64,000 bases of DNA, taken from Candidatus Rifleibacteriota bacterium. Its GTDB lineage: Bacteria > Muiribacteriota > Ozemobacteria > Ozemobacterales > Ozemobacteraceae. Where the stretch lies: assembly GCA_018818125.1 (NCBI GenBank), contig JAHISQ010000054.1, forward strand, positions 66,514 through 130,513. The letters are read 5' to 3'. The position numbers and the translations under genes are program-made. The notes beneath the pieces were generated by a model that made no database searches, was not told where the DNA came from, and saw only the letters and a program-made list of their open reading frames with translations. Shown here in pieces: positions 19,388 to 30,221 of the stretch (the stretch's first letter is position 1; every line of letters starts with the position of its first letter).

Positions 19388-20695
19388 TTACGACAGATAG
19401 AGTGCCAGACCAGCAAAAGCAACAACAACCCACTGCATCAGTTCGACTTCTTTGATTTTGCCGCTGTAAATCTTGAGCAGTACGAACAGAATCAGGCTCC
19501 AGCTAATGCCCTGACTGATCGAAAAAGTAAAGGGAATCAAAATCAGCGCAACAAATGCGGGCAATCCGGTTTCATAGTCTTTCCAGTCGATGCCTGAAAT
19601 AGCACGCAGCATGAAAAAACCAACCAGCAAAAGAGCCGGAGACACTGCGCAGGCCGGTATCATCTGCAGCATCGGAGCAAACCAGAGGAATGGAAAAAAC
19701 AGAAATCCGGTTACCAGTGCGGTAAGACCGGTACGACCGCCCTGCTCAACGCCAGCAGCGCTCTCAACATAAGTTGTACCTGAGCTGCTGCCAAAAAGAC
19801 CAGACATCGTTGTCGAAATTGCGTCTACCAGCAGAGCTTTTTGAAAATTACGAGGCTCACCGTTTTCGTCGATCATGTTGGCAACCGAAGCAACACCCAG
19901 AAAGGTCGAAATTGAATCAAAAAGATCTGTGAACAGCAGAGTAAAAACTGCGCCGGCGATACCAAAACTCAATGCGCCCCTGATATCGAGCTGAAAAAAT
20001 ACCGAGGTAAAATCAGGAGATCCAGTGTAGTTCTGCGGAACAGCTACAAAAGCCTCACCAGACCAGATTCGACCGTGGCTGATCGCAATGATGGTAGTAA
20101 AAATTATGCCGAGAAGCAGACTACCGTGGATCTTGCGGTGTTCGACCAGAATCGTGAATGCCAGACCAACGAGAAAAATCAGAACCTGGGGACTAAAACC
20201 GCCAAATCCGACCAATGTAGCCGGGTTGGCAACGATAAACCCTGCCTGCTTAAGTGCCAGTAAACAGAGGAACAAACCGATGCCGGCCGCTACACCAAGG
20301 CGCACACAATGTGGTATTGCCCTGACAATCGCTTCACGCAGCTTGAATAATGTCATCAGCATAAAAATGACACCAGAAACAAAAACAGCACCAAGAGCGG
20401 TCTGCCACGGTATTTTCATGCCAATTACCATGCTGAAGGTGAAAAATGCGTTGATGCCCATACCGGGAGCCAGCGCAAAAGGCAGGTTTGCCACCAGTCC
20501 CATGAGAATACTCGATAAACCTGCAACCAGAACGGTCGCGGTCAGCACTCCCGCAAAAGGCATTCCGGCATTTTCGAGAATCATCGGGTTAACCGCCAAT
20601 ATGTAGGCCATGGTTAGAAATGTGGTTATACCGGCAAGAATTTCGGTTTTTATGTCGGTGTTGTTCTCTTTGAGTTTAAACAGTCGTTCCAGCAT
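19388..20695 (-). CDS. NCS2/AzgA-family purine (adenine/guanine/hypoxanthine) permease
   Basis: It has an N-terminus KTEILAGITTFLTMAYILAVNP and ~13 predicted TM helices. It is 435 aa. Confidence 0.85.
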   Translation of the reverse strand: MLERLFKLKENNTDIKTEILAGITTFLTMAYILAVNPMILENAGMPFAGVLTATVLVAGLSSILMGLVANLPFALAPGMGINAFFTFSMVIGMKIPWQTALGAVFVSGVIFMLMTLFKLREAIVRAIPHCVRLGVAAGIGLFLCLLALKQAGFIVANPATLVGFGGFSPQVLIFLVGLAFTILVEHRKIHGSLLLGIIFTTIIAISHGRIWSGEAFVAVPQNYTGSPDFTSVFFQLDIRGALSFGIAGAVFTLLFTDLFDSISTFLGVASVANMIDENGEPRNFQKALLVDAISTTMSGLFGSSSGTTYVESAAGVEQGGRTGLTALVTGFLFFPFLWFAPMLQMIPACAVSPALLLVGFFMLRAISGIDWKDYETGLPAFVALILIPFTFSISQGISWSLILFVLLKIYSGKIKEVELMQWVVVAFAGLALYLS

Positions 20696-20716
20696 CTTTC
20701 CTCCACTAAATCTCGT

Positions 20717-22138
20717 TTATAAATTCTTAAACGCGGCAAGTGCGCGTTCTCTCGCCATCTTATGATCGACAATCGGCGCCGGATAACTGATTTTTTTCTT
20801 CTGAATTTCTGCTGCAAGTTTTGCCGGATTATGCAGTGCAGCGGTTGATACTTCGGCAAGTTCCGGGCAGAATTTTTTAATAAACTTGCCATCGTTATCA
20901 AATCTTTTGCTCTGGCTGAAGGGGTTAAAGATTCGGAAATACGGTACGGCATCAGTGCCAGTAGAAGCCGACCATTGCCAGCCTCCGTTATTTGCCGCCA
21001 GATCGCCATCAAGAAGGTTCTGCATAAAATATTTTTCGCCAAGACGCCAGTCTATCAACAGGTGTTTGCTCAGAAACATAGCCGTAATCATGCGCAGACG
21101 GTTGTGCATCCAGCCCATCTGTTTGAGCTGACGCATGGCAGCATCGACAATCGGGTAGCCGGTCAGGCCATTCTGCCAGGCCAGGAAAGATTCTTCATCG
21201 TGGCGCCATTGCAGGGCAGTGGTCTTTTTCCGAAACGGCTGCGAACGACTTACTCGCGGGAACCCGCTCACAACATGATAATAAAAATCGCGCCAGATCA
21301 GTTCATTTAGCCAGACTGCTTCTCCAGATCCTTCGGTCGGAAAGTTTTTGCGCGCACGCATTATTACCGCCAGGCATTGCCGTGGTGAAATCGCGCCGCA
21401 AGCCAGCCAGGGCGAAAGACAGCTGGTGCCATCAACCGCCGGCAGATCGCGCATCTCATTATATTTATCAAGCCCGTTGGCGGCAAAATGAGCCAGGCGA
21501 GCCTGAGCAGCAGTTTCACCAGCGGGCCACAGGTCTTCGCGCCAACCAGGCAGTTTTAACTCCTTGATTAAGCGCGCAGACGGCAATACCACTTGCTTTA
21601 ATGGAGACGCTAAGGGCGCGGGAGCTGGCAATGGTGTGAGATCGCTCAACTGTGCCACTCCCAGCCATGAATTTTTAAACGGGGTAAAAATTGTGTAAAA
21701 ACCGCCAGAACCGGTCAACATCCGGCCAGGTTCAAGTAAAAGCCGATCGGCATAAGCAAATGTTTTGATCTTTTGTGCAGCAAAGGCCCTGCTTACTGCT
21801 TCGTCGCGCTTCTGCTCATTCACTTCATATTCACGGTTAAAATACAATGCATTGCAACCATGTTCTCTGGCAAATCTGCAGATGGCTTCTGGTATGTCAG
21901 CAAAATCAGCAACAATTTCGAGATGCAGTGAAATTCCGAGTGCTGCCAGACGCTCGGCCAATACCTGCAGATTTGCCAGCCAGAAGCTGAGCTTTCCGGG
22001 AGAATCATCGTGTATAAGCCACTGCTGAGATGTTGCAAAAGCAACAGCCACTACCGGTTCACCATTTTTTGCGGCCTGATATAGCGCACGATTATCGCTG
22101 ACCCTCAGGTCACGCCTGAACCATATCAGTGAAGCCAT
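20717..22138 (-). CDS. phrB: Deoxyribodipyrimidine photolyase (CPD photolyase)
   Basis: It has an N-terminus SLIWFRRDLRVSDNRAL and a C-terminal FAD-binding domain with WQW/WREFY-type motifs. It is 473 aa. Confidence 0.9.
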   Translation of the reverse strand: MASLIWFRRDLRVSDNRALYQAAKNGEPVVAVAFATSQQWLIHDDSPGKLSFWLANLQVLAERLAALGISLHLEIVADFADIPEAICRFAREHGCNALYFNREYEVNEQKRDEAVSRAFAAQKIKTFAYADRLLLEPGRMLTGSGGFYTIFTPFKNSWLGVAQLSDLTPLPAPAPLASPLKQVVLPSARLIKELKLPGWREDLWPAGETAAQARLAHFAANGLDKYNEMRDLPAVDGTSCLSPWLACGAISPRQCLAVIMRARKNFPTEGSGEAVWLNELIWRDFYYHVVSGFPRVSRSQPFRKKTTALQWRHDEESFLAWQNGLTGYPIVDAAMRQLKQMGWMHNRLRMITAMFLSKHLLIDWRLGEKYFMQNLLDGDLAANNGGWQWSASTGTDAVPYFRIFNPFSQSKRFDNDGKFIKKFCPELAEVSTAALHNPAKLAAEIQKKKISYPAPIVDHKMARERALAAFKNL

Positions 22139-22280
22139 TTGTCTGCCAACTCCTGCGTATATTAGTATTCGTAACCGCTACGAGCCACAATTTCACCGAT
22201 TTTCAGAAAATCAATTTAATCGACAGACAGACCAATTCTATAATCATTTATAATCGCCATAGCATGACAAAAATCGCCAG

Positions 22281-24875
22281 CTACTTGCCAACATTGTTGT
22301 CAGGCTTAGAATCGCTTTTGTCAGATGCAGCCTGCTCTGGTATAACCATAGCGTGAGGCTGTTGTGACTGAGGAGCAACAGTGGTCTTCAACTCGGTCAA
22401 TGCATCTTTGAAAGGCTTATCCATAGTACGAATATGCAGGTCGTGCTGTGAGAAAGGAATTTCGATGTTGTTCTGGCGGAAAAGACGGTCGATTTCGCGA
22501 TAAATTTCGTCTTTAATGATAAGCCGGTTGTCGATATCAGCAACCCAGCACCTCAGTTCAAGATCAAGCGAACTCGCGCCAAAATTAAGAAACAGCACAG
22601 TCGGAGCCGGGAATTTCATTACGTATGGATTATCCTGGGCAATTTGAGTAAGGATCCGGGTAGCCAGCTCGAGATCTGAGCCGTAGGCAACACCAACCGC
22701 AGCGATCAGTCGAACCTGGCGATCCGTCAGTGTCCAGTTGGTTACCTGAGAAGACACCAGGTCGCTGTTTGGCACTATCAGCTCTGAACGATCGAAAGTT
22801 TCAACTACTGTTGCGCGCAGACCGAGATTTTTTATCAATCCCCACTCGCCACCAACTTGAACAACATCACCGACCTTTATCGATCTTTCAAAAAGAAGAA
22901 TCAGACCACTGGCAAAATTGTTTACTATGTTCTGCAAACCAAAACCAATACCGATACCAAACGCACCGATAATAACCGTTAGATTCTGCATACCGATACC
23001 CAGAGTCGAAAACGCCAGGGCAACACCGACAACAATAAATGCATAATGTATAAGACGATTTATAGAAATGCCAACGCCTCTCTCGACCTTTTTGCGCGGG
23101 TAAACTTCTTCGTTTAAAACACACTGCGTCAGCCAGGAAATAAAAAGCGTGACATAAAGGGCCACTACAGCCGAGACCAGCAATCCAATCGTAATCTGCA
23201 GCTCCTGTAGACCGAAGCCGAGAGAGAGAATCATCTCTGCAGCAGCCGTGGCGGTATCAAAGAAACCCCAGACTGATAAGGTGCTTGAAACAGCCATAAA
23301 AACGACAAGAACATCGACAATGAAGTTTCCACGCTTGATAAACAGTTTATAGTGTTTGTCGACAATTTTGTTTTTTCTGATCAGCTCATTGTCAAAAAGC
23401 ATTTCAAGTGCCCCGCGCGCAACCAGATCTATCATCCAGGCAATCAGACCAAGAAAGACCGTTTTAATGGTAGCATCCAGTAGATGGCTGGAAAAAGCCA
23501 CATATCCGGCAACCTGCGACAAAAAAACCAGCATCATTGAAACACCGCCGAGTTTTACACCGGTTGTATATAGTAACGAGGTGCTGTCATCCTTGTTTAT
23601 TCTGGCACGCCAGCGACAGAAAGCTGCTCCGCCCAAACCAACAGCGGCGATAAACAATCGCATCAAAGGGGTTGGCAACGTAATGAAACTGAAAAACTGC
23701 ACCAACAAATAAATAGTGACAATCATGTAAATAAGCCGGCGACGCCATGGTCTCTCGATAATGCCAGCCACCAGCCGGGCAGCACTTATCATGATAATAC
23801 CTGCCAACACCAGACTGACCAACCGGGGTTTATCTTCAAATAGAGGCATCGGCAACAGTATACCCAACAACAGGCTGGCTGAAATATAGCGCTGAAAAAT
23901 AAAATCGAGCTTAAGCTGTTCAATTTTACGATTCTTAAGAGTTTTAAAAAAATAAACAGCAACTCCAAAAATAATCAGCTGCAGAACAAAGATCCAGCCG
24001 TAGGTAGAATAAAACCCGGCAGAGGGCAATTCAAGAGTAGCCAACCCCATCCAGAACTCATCCCAGACACTGCTGTTGAACTGAGCGATGAAAGTTGGCG
24101 TAAACATGGCCGGGCGTGATTTTCTGAACAAATCTTTGCGCATTGTTGTCATCAGCTTGTCGAGCTCGGCATTAAGCTGCTGGACTTCACTCTGTACCTC
24201 CAGCACTTTTTGTTGAAAAGTTACCAGAGGCGTTTCAATACCACTTAGATTCTTTATCGCAGCCTTTATTGTTTTCTCAACGTCTTTAAATACTGAAATC
24301 AGCGACGGATTTACCCCATCGGCAAAAGAGGTCCTAATACTCGCCCAGGTGTCTTCTTTGGCTATCCAGGTTTGTTTTAGAACTTCAGATTGCTTTAATC
24401 TCTCACTGGCAAATTGAGAATGTCTGGTAATAACTTCTAGCAAAATTTTGGCATCACTACGCAGCTGAGAAAGCTGTTCGAATCCATAAGTTCCTGACTT
24501 CTTTACTTCAGCAAATCGATTGTTTAGCTCGAGCAGTCGAGCACGTGCGGCAACCTGCTCCTTATCGACCTTGTCAAGATTTATTATGTCAGAAATATTC
24601 TCGTCAAGAGCCTCAAACTCTTTCTTCAAAAGATTGGCCCGAGGCAAAACATTGGCCAGCGACTTTTCTGCAACTGTGTCAGATGCAGAGGGAATCACAG
24701 GAGGTTGTAGCTCGCCAGTCTGACCAGAATTCGTAGTGGTTTGTGCCATCAGCGCTAAAGAAAAAAGCGAAAATATTACAATAAAAAAAACACCGGACAA
24801 GGATCTGCAAAGGATTTTGTTAAACACGGGTATTCTCCTGCTCAACATTGTAGCATCATCCATGCCGAATATCAA
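22281..24875 (-). CDS. MscS-family mechanosensitive channel with large periplasmic/coiled-coil N-terminal extension (MscK/KefA-like)
   Basis: It is 864 aa with a signal peptide, a long coiled-coil region and multiple TM helices. It has the C-terminal MscS core (GDVVQVGGEWGLIKNLGLRATVVETFD). The true start may be the internal Met at ~24848. Confidence 0.8.
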   Translation of the reverse strand: MIFGMDDATMLSRRIPVFNKILCRSLSGVFFIVIFSLFSLALMAQTTTNSGQTGELQPPVIPSASDTVAEKSLANVLPRANLLKKEFEALDENISDIINLDKVDKEQVAARARLLELNNRFAEVKKSGTYGFEQLSQLRSDAKILLEVITRHSQFASERLKQSEVLKQTWIAKEDTWASIRTSFADGVNPSLISVFKDVEKTIKAAIKNLSGIETPLVTFQQKVLEVQSEVQQLNAELDKLMTTMRKDLFRKSRPAMFTPTFIAQFNSSVWDEFWMGLATLELPSAGFYSTYGWIFVLQLIIFGVAVYFFKTLKNRKIEQLKLDFIFQRYISASLLLGILLPMPLFEDKPRLVSLVLAGIIMISAARLVAGIIERPWRRRLIYMIVTIYLLVQFFSFITLPTPLMRLFIAAVGLGGAAFCRWRARINKDDSTSLLYTTGVKLGGVSMMLVFLSQVAGYVAFSSHLLDATIKTVFLGLIAWMIDLVARGALEMLFDNELIRKNKIVDKHYKLFIKRGNFIVDVLVVFMAVSSTLSVWGFFDTATAAAEMILSLGFGLQELQITIGLLVSAVVALYVTLFISWLTQCVLNEEVYPRKKVERGVGISINRLIHYAFIVVGVALAFSTLGIGMQNLTVIIGAFGIGIGFGLQNIVNNFASGLILLFERSIKVGDVVQVGGEWGLIKNLGLRATVVETFDRSELIVPNSDLVSSQVTNWTLTDRQVRLIAAVGVAYGSDLELATRILTQIAQDNPYVMKFPAPTVLFLNFGASSLDLELRCWVADIDNRLIIKDEIYREIDRLFRQNNIEIPFSQHDLHIRTMDKPFKDALTELKTTVAPQSQQPHAMVIPEQAASDKSDSKPDNNVGK

Positions 24876-24884
24876 AAAAGCAGT

Positions 24885-25673
24885 TCAGATGCGGCCGAGC
24901 AGGCGAAGCATACCATCAAGTATTGTCCAGGGGTTTGGCGGGCACCCTGGGATATAAAGATCAACCGGCAAAATATCGCTTAAACCATTGTTAACTTCTG
25001 GATTGCCACGGAATAGACCGCCGGAGATAGCACAGGCGCCAGTGGCAATAACAATTTTAGGCGAGGGCAGAGCATCATAGGTTTTGAGCAGGGCCAGCTT
25101 CATGTTTTGAGTGACTGGGCCAGTTACCAGCAGTCCATCGGCATGCCTCGGTGAAGCAACGAACTGAATGCCAAAACGAGCGAGATCGAACGTGGGAGTG
25201 CTCAATACATTGCAATCAGCTTCACAGGCGTTACAGCCACCGGCAGAAACCTGCCTGAGCTTGAGCGAATGCCCGAAAAGACTTTTTAACTCATCAGTCA
25301 GGCCGTCGCTCACGCGAAACTGGTCATTCTTGACGATAAGATCTTCCCTTTTACTTACTGACATCGAAAATTCGCTGGAAAAATTGATTAATCCAGCAGT
25401 ACATGCCGATTCGCAAGCGCGACAAAGTATGCACCGTCCCAGATCAATGATGGGACGACCTTCATTGCTGCGTGAAATGGCACCAGCCGGACATACTGCC
25501 GCGCAGGCTGAGCAGTCAGGCACACAGCCCTCAGTTTTTATAATCGGGCGCCCGGTATAACGTTGCGAAAGCACCGGTTGCTGTTGTGGAAAGGGAAAAG
25601 TTCGATATTTTTGATGCAATCTGGCTTTGAGTATATGCAGCATAGTGACTACCTCTATAGATCGTGGCCGCAA
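24885..25673 (-). CDS. Fused 2x[4Fe-4S] ferredoxin (HycF-like) - NuoB/HycG-like small subunit of a group-4 hydrogenase-like complex
   Basis: It has two CxxCxxCxxxCP ferredoxin motifs at the N-terminus. The C-terminal half carries CNAC, GACAISGG and GCPP motifs, as in HycG/NuoB N2-cluster ligands. Confidence 0.8.
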   Translation of the reverse strand: MRPRSIEVVTMLHILKARLHQKYRTFPFPQQQPVLSQRYTGRPIIKTEGCVPDCSACAAVCPAGAISRSNEGRPIIDLGRCILCRACESACTAGLINFSSEFSMSVSKREDLIVKNDQFRVSDGLTDELKSLFGHSLKLRQVSAGGCNACEADCNVLSTPTFDLARFGIQFVASPRHADGLLVTGPVTQNMKLALLKTYDALPSPKIVIATGACAISGGLFRGNPEVNNGLSDILPVDLYIPGCPPNPWTILDGMLRLLGRI

Positions 25674-27151
25674 TAAGAGAGATTGAAACTCTTATTGCAC
25701 AGCGGAAAGTCTGAGATTTCCTGGTTACGCAAAGCCAGTGCCAGACCAAACCAGTTATGGAAAGATGGATCTACAATTTTGTAGCTTGCGAGGTTGCCAG
25801 CGCTGTCGGTAATTGCAACATGGCAGACTTCACCGCGCCAGCCTTCGGTCAGAACCACAGAAATTGAATCCGGGGCCGCCTTTGTCAGAACCGGTGAAGC
25901 AGTTGACACATCAGTAAACTCGGCCAGCATAATTCTGATGAGCCTTAAAGAGTCCAGCAATTCAAGCCATCGTACAATTGCGCGGCCATACACGTCGCCT
26001 CTCTTTCTGCCGTCGACAAGCTCAGGTTGGTGAACAGCATAGGCCCCCCATGGATGACTATAACGAATATCTGTGCGCAGACCACAGGCACGCGCAGCCG
26101 GGCCAACCAGACCGATGGCAATAGCATCCTCGTGTGAAACCGTACCAGTCTCTTCAAACCGCGCCACAACCGAGGGAGTATCCCAAAGCAGCTTGACTGC
26201 TGACTTCAAGTCCGCCTCAATCGCAACCAGACGCTCAAGAACGATATCGGCGATCGACCGGTCAACGATGCAACCTATACCGCCCGGTCGGATTAAACCA
26301 CGTCCAAACCGGTTGCCACAAATCACCGCGGTAGTGTTAAGAATGTCTCCGCGAATACGTCCACAGTATGCTGATGTCGGCAAAAAGCCGACATCTCCGG
26401 CAAGAGCACCAAGGTCTCCGGTATGATTGGCCATGCGTTCGAGCTCAAGAGCAACCGCTCTGATCAACTCAGCGTTTTTGTCAGGTTTATCAATGCCGTA
26501 CAGGGACTCAATCAGCATGGCATAAGCGGTGGCGTGAGCAATTGTTGTGTCACCAGCTATAACTTCGACAAGGCGCAGATTCTGATGGGGATGGTTGCGC
26601 AACATTGCCTTTTCGATGCCACGGTGCTGGTAACCAAGCTCTATTTCGAGGTGCATTACCTTTTCGCCATGGCATTGGAAACGAAAATGGCCAGGTTCGA
26701 TAATACCGGCATGTACGGGGCCAACTGCCACTTCGTGAATCTCTTCTCCTGTGACTTCAAAATAATTGGTTACACCAGGCAGAATCTCGGTATTATCACC
26801 AGTTTTCGGCTGAAATCTGATTGGCTTGAGCCATGGATGACCGGTAATGTTTACACCATGAATTTCGTGCATTTCGCGCTCGAACCAGTGCGCCTGCGGC
26901 AGATCGGGAGTAAGTGAAGCAAATTCATTCTGGTATGGAGTTGCAAGCAATTTCAGGGCTGCACTTTCGTCATTACTAACGACTGCGTAAATAAGATTCT
27001 GATGTGTGCCAGGCAGCACAAAAAGAGCTGATAATCGGCAGTTTCGCGAAGAAAGCTCGACCAGATGATCTTTGAATTGCTGGTTATCGACAACGGGGAC
27101 ATCTGCAAGGTTAACACAGGCTGAGTTTTGCATTTTCAGATGTTTTTTCAT
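25655..27151 (-). CDS. Fused NuoC-like/NuoD-like (HycE-type) large subunit homolog lacking NiFe-binding cysteines (Ehr-like)
   Basis: It has GPVHAGIIEPGHFRF...LGYQHRGIEK. The position of the RxCGxCxxxH L1 motif reads IAGDTTIAHATAY, with no Cys. The C-terminus reads NLSYCGHDL in place of DPCxxCxDR. Confidence 0.8.
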   Translation of the reverse strand: MKKHLKMQNSACVNLADVPVVDNQQFKDHLVELSSRNCRLSALFVLPGTHQNLIYAVVSNDESAALKLLATPYQNEFASLTPDLPQAHWFEREMHEIHGVNITGHPWLKPIRFQPKTGDNTEILPGVTNYFEVTGEEIHEVAVGPVHAGIIEPGHFRFQCHGEKVMHLEIELGYQHRGIEKAMLRNHPHQNLRLVEVIAGDTTIAHATAYAMLIESLYGIDKPDKNAELIRAVALELERMANHTGDLGALAGDVGFLPTSAYCGRIRGDILNTTAVICGNRFGRGLIRPGGIGCIVDRSIADIVLERLVAIEADLKSAVKLLWDTPSVVARFEETGTVSHEDAIAIGLVGPAARACGLRTDIRYSHPWGAYAVHQPELVDGRKRGDVYGRAIVRWLELLDSLRLIRIMLAEFTDVSTASPVLTKAAPDSISVVLTEGWRGEVCHVAITDSAGNLASYKIVDPSFHNWFGLALALRNQEISDFPLCNKSFNLSYCGHDL

Positions 27152-28626
27152 AGAGCCTTGCCTCCCAGTGCCATAGCCGCACCATTGATGGTATCGCGCA
27201 TGAATTCCGGCAGATATAACCCCAGAAGCAGAGCCACACTCAGAAATACTACCGGCGTAAGCAACTGCCAGAAAGACTCGCCAGAAGCGCTATCGACCTC
27301 TGCTTCACCTTTTTTACCAAGAGTCATATGCATAAATATGGTGAGCATACCGATAAAGACGAGCAGAAGGAAAAGCAGATAGAGAACTGCCACTGTCCAG
27401 TTATGTGACTGAACGGCCACCCGCAGAATGGCAAATTCACTGTTAAAAGTTGTAAATGGCGGAGTGCCGGTAATTGCAAGAAAACCGGCCAACCATAACA
27501 CGCCATTAAGCGGTGAATGCCTGAGCAACCCCTTGATGTCTTCAACTTTCTTGGTTGCATAGATCGCGAGAATATTTCCAGAAAGCAAAAACAATGAGGC
27601 CTTAACCAGTGAGTGACCTACGGCATGCAGCAATGCAGCGGCAACGGCAGATCCGCCAATTCCAACACCAAGCGCCAGAATGCCCATATGCTCAACACTG
27701 GAATAAGCCAGCATTCTTTTATAATCAGGCTGGTGAAGGATAAAAATACCAGAAATCGCAAGTGAGAGCAGACCAAAGACAATCAGAATTTCATTGGCAA
27801 ATGCTGCTGCAGTCGGCACAGCCGCACAAACCTGATAAATGCGCAGAATGCCGAGAAATGCACAATTAAGCAATGCTCCGGAAAGCATTGCCGAAACGGG
27901 AGAGGGCGCTTCGCTGTGGGCATCGGGCAGCCAAGTATGCATAGGAGCAAGACCCATTTTGGAGCCATAACCCACCAGAAAGAAGATAAAAGCCACCTTG
28001 AGCCACTCAACCTTGAGATAACCCGAAAAAAGAGCAAAGCCGGCTGAAGTAAACTGTTGAACATGTGAAGACGTTGCCATGGCCAGGAAGAACACACCCA
28101 TGAGAGCGAGTGCAATGCCGACCGAGCAGAGAATCATGTATTTCCATGCGGCTTCAAGCGAGCGTCTATTGCGATGGTAGTAGATCAGCGGAGTGCTGGC
28201 CAGCGTTGTCGCTTCAATACCTATCCATTGCAGACCAAAGTGCATACTCAGAATAGACAGGGTCATGGCAGCCAGAAAAAACTGCATACAGGCGGCATAT
28301 ATGGCGTTGCTGTTTGCCGGCATGCGCAAACCTGCAATGGCCGGGCCGTCGAAATGCGGGTGCTTGTCGAGATACACCATAGAATAGACAGCCGAACCAG
28401 TAAAAAGAAGGCTGGTAATAATCAAAAACAACCGACCCAGATGATCGAGGCCAATCCAGACACCGTTGAGCTCGCCGACACCGCCTTTGCAGAGCACTAT
28501 GCTTATGAACAAATGCGTAAAGGCAACTATCAGCAAAAGATTGCGCCGCAGGCGTTCAGAACTTATAAAAAGAGAAAGAATACCAGTAATTATCGGCAAA
28601 ATGATGAGAGCATACGCGGTTGTCAT
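27148..28626 (-). CDS. NuoN/NuoM-like (HyfF-type) antiporter-like membrane subunit
   Basis: It has ~14 TM helices and Mrp/complex-I antiporter family features. It overlaps its neighbours by 4 nt. Confidence 0.8.
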   Translation of the reverse strand: MTTAYALIILPIITGILSLFISSERLRRNLLLIVAFTHLFISIVLCKGGVGELNGVWIGLDHLGRLFLIITSLLFTGSAVYSMVYLDKHPHFDGPAIAGLRMPANSNAIYAACMQFFLAAMTLSILSMHFGLQWIGIEATTLASTPLIYYHRNRRSLEAAWKYMILCSVGIALALMGVFFLAMATSSHVQQFTSAGFALFSGYLKVEWLKVAFIFFLVGYGSKMGLAPMHTWLPDAHSEAPSPVSAMLSGALLNCAFLGILRIYQVCAAVPTAAAFANEILIVFGLLSLAISGIFILHQPDYKRMLAYSSVEHMGILALGVGIGGSAVAAALLHAVGHSLVKASLFLLSGNILAIYATKKVEDIKGLLRHSPLNGVLWLAGFLAITGTPPFTTFNSEFAILRVAVQSHNWTVAVLYLLFLLLVFIGMLTIFMHMTLGKKGEAEVDSASGESFWQLLTPVVFLSVALLLGLYLPEFMRDTINGAAMALGGKAL

Positions 28627-29297
28627 TCGCTGACCTCCTCATCTTCGGAGGCATCAAACGCCAGATCGGAAAGCTCATTGAAGCGGTCGGCGTCGATATG
28701 ATCAAACTCACGGTCAATGTGAAACAGCATGATTCCCATCAGAAAAATGCCGACGAAAACGTCGAGCAGAATGCCAAGTTCAACAAACACAGAGAACTCG
28801 CTACCAAGGCTCAGTCCGGTAGCAAACACGCCGTTTTCGAGAACAAGAAAACCAAGGGTTTGAGTTAACGCCTTGCGCCTTGTAATCAGCAGGAAAAGCC
28901 CGGAAAACACCATAAAAAAACCGGCAATCAGCGTGATTGAAGAACCAATCTGTGCAGTTGTTTCCAGACGATTAACGATATAGCTAGAAACCGCCAGCAA
29001 AGCGACCCCAGACAGCATAGACGCACCAAAACCGATAAATGGCTCGATTTCGCGACGAGCACCGGACTCAAAAAGAGCCCGAGTCAGCAGTTTTGGCAAC
29101 AAAAAACCTTTGAGGCCTATGCTTGCCAGCGAAAGAATGATTGCGGCAACACCAACATGATCAGATCCAGACACAAAAAAAGGCAGAATACCAAGCAGAA
29201 ACCCTTGAAATGCCACCATACGAATCGACACGAGAAGACGGCTTGAACCAAGCAAAAACAGACAGGTCAATGCCAGAAGTGTAGCTAAGGTATTCAT
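28623..29297 (-). CDS. HyfE/NuoK-like small membrane subunit of hydrogenase-4-type complex
   Basis: It is 224 aa and polytopic. It sits between the NuoH-like and NuoN-like genes, as hyfE does in hyf operons. Confidence 0.65.
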   Translation of the reverse strand: MNTLATLLALTCLFLLGSSRLLVSIRMVAFQGFLLGILPFFVSGSDHVGVAAIILSLASIGLKGFLLPKLLTRALFESGARREIEPFIGFGASMLSGVALLAVSSYIVNRLETTAQIGSSITLIAGFFMVFSGLFLLITRRKALTQTLGFLVLENGVFATGLSLGSEFSVFVELGILLDVFVGIFLMGIMLFHIDREFDHIDADRFNELSDLAFDASEDEEVSE

Positions 29298-29300
29298 AAA

Positions 29301-30221
29301 TTAATTTCCTGCGAGCTTTAGAATCAGTGCAATTATTGCCAGTGCGCCAGAGCCTACGATGAATTTTGGAACATGCAGCAGTCGCAGTCTTGCAATAGTC
29401 GACTCGATAATTCCAATAACAATACTTACCAGCAACATACCCGCTGCAAATATTATCAACTGCAGTGGCAAAGACTGGGCTTGGCAGCCAAAAATGAGGC
29501 CGACCAACAGACTGCTGAAAATTGCCAGTTTTACTGCGCCGGCAAACTCAATCAGCGCGAGATCTTTGCCGCTGTAATCGAGAATCATGACTTCATGAAT
29601 CATGGTCAGTTCAAGGTGAGTATTAGGATCATCTATTGGTATTCGCGCATTTTCAACCAGAAGAATTATCATCCAGCTGGTTGATAAAAGCAGAAGTGTA
29701 GCAGGATTCTGCCACCAGAAATCCGTGGTCAGCCGGGCATATATAGAAGACAATCCTATCTGCGAGGTTTCATTGATCAGCACCAGCAGACCACAAAAAA
29801 ATGCAGGCTCGGCCAGGGCACTGTAGAGGACTTCTCGACTGGCGCCCATCCCTTCAAAAGCCGAACCGGTATCAAGCGCGGCCAGCACCATAAAAAAGCG
29901 ACCAATTCCCAGTAAATAGGCAAGAAGAATAACGTCACCGGCAAAAGACAGCCCGGCGTTTCTAAAAGCGACCGGAACCAGCAGAGCTGCAGCCAGCGTC
30001 GAAAACAGTATGGCAAAAGGAGCAATGCGGGTCACAACTGTGGTAGTCTCGCTGTAGACAGAAGTTTTACCCAACAGCTTGCCGAGATCAAAATAGAGCT
30101 GCAGCAAAGGCGGCCCCTGGCGACCACCAAAAAAGGCCTTGGTTTTGTTGATAACTCCTAATAAAAGCGGCGAGAGCAGGATCATCACCAGACAAATTGC
30201 GACAGAAAGCGGACTGATCAT
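29301..30221 (-). CDS. HycD/NuoH-like membrane subunit
   Basis: It is a 306-aa polytopic protein of the complex I subunit 1 (NuoH) family. Confidence 0.8.
   Translation of the reverse strand: MISPLSVAICLVMILLSPLLLGVINKTKAFFGGRQGPPLLQLYFDLGKLLGKTSVYSETTTVVTRIAPFAILFSTLAAALLVPVAFRNAGLSFAGDVILLAYLLGIGRFFMVLAALDTGSAFEGMGASREVLYSALAEPAFFCGLLVLINETSQIGLSSIYARLTTDFWWQNPATLLLLSTSWMIILLVENARIPIDDPNTHLELTMIHEVMILDYSGKDLALIEFAGAVKLAIFSSLLVGLIFGCQAQSLPLQLIIFAAGMLLVSIVIGIIESTIARLRLLHVPKFIVGSGALAIIALILKLAGN

Noticed and set aside
22129-22356. 75-aa + strand ORF between photolyase and the MscK-like gene, and other 60-120 aa ORFs overlapping annotated genes on either strand throughout the track
   Set aside because: They are short, lack RBSs and have low-complexity or atypical composition. 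They overlap well-supported genes or divergent promoter regions.
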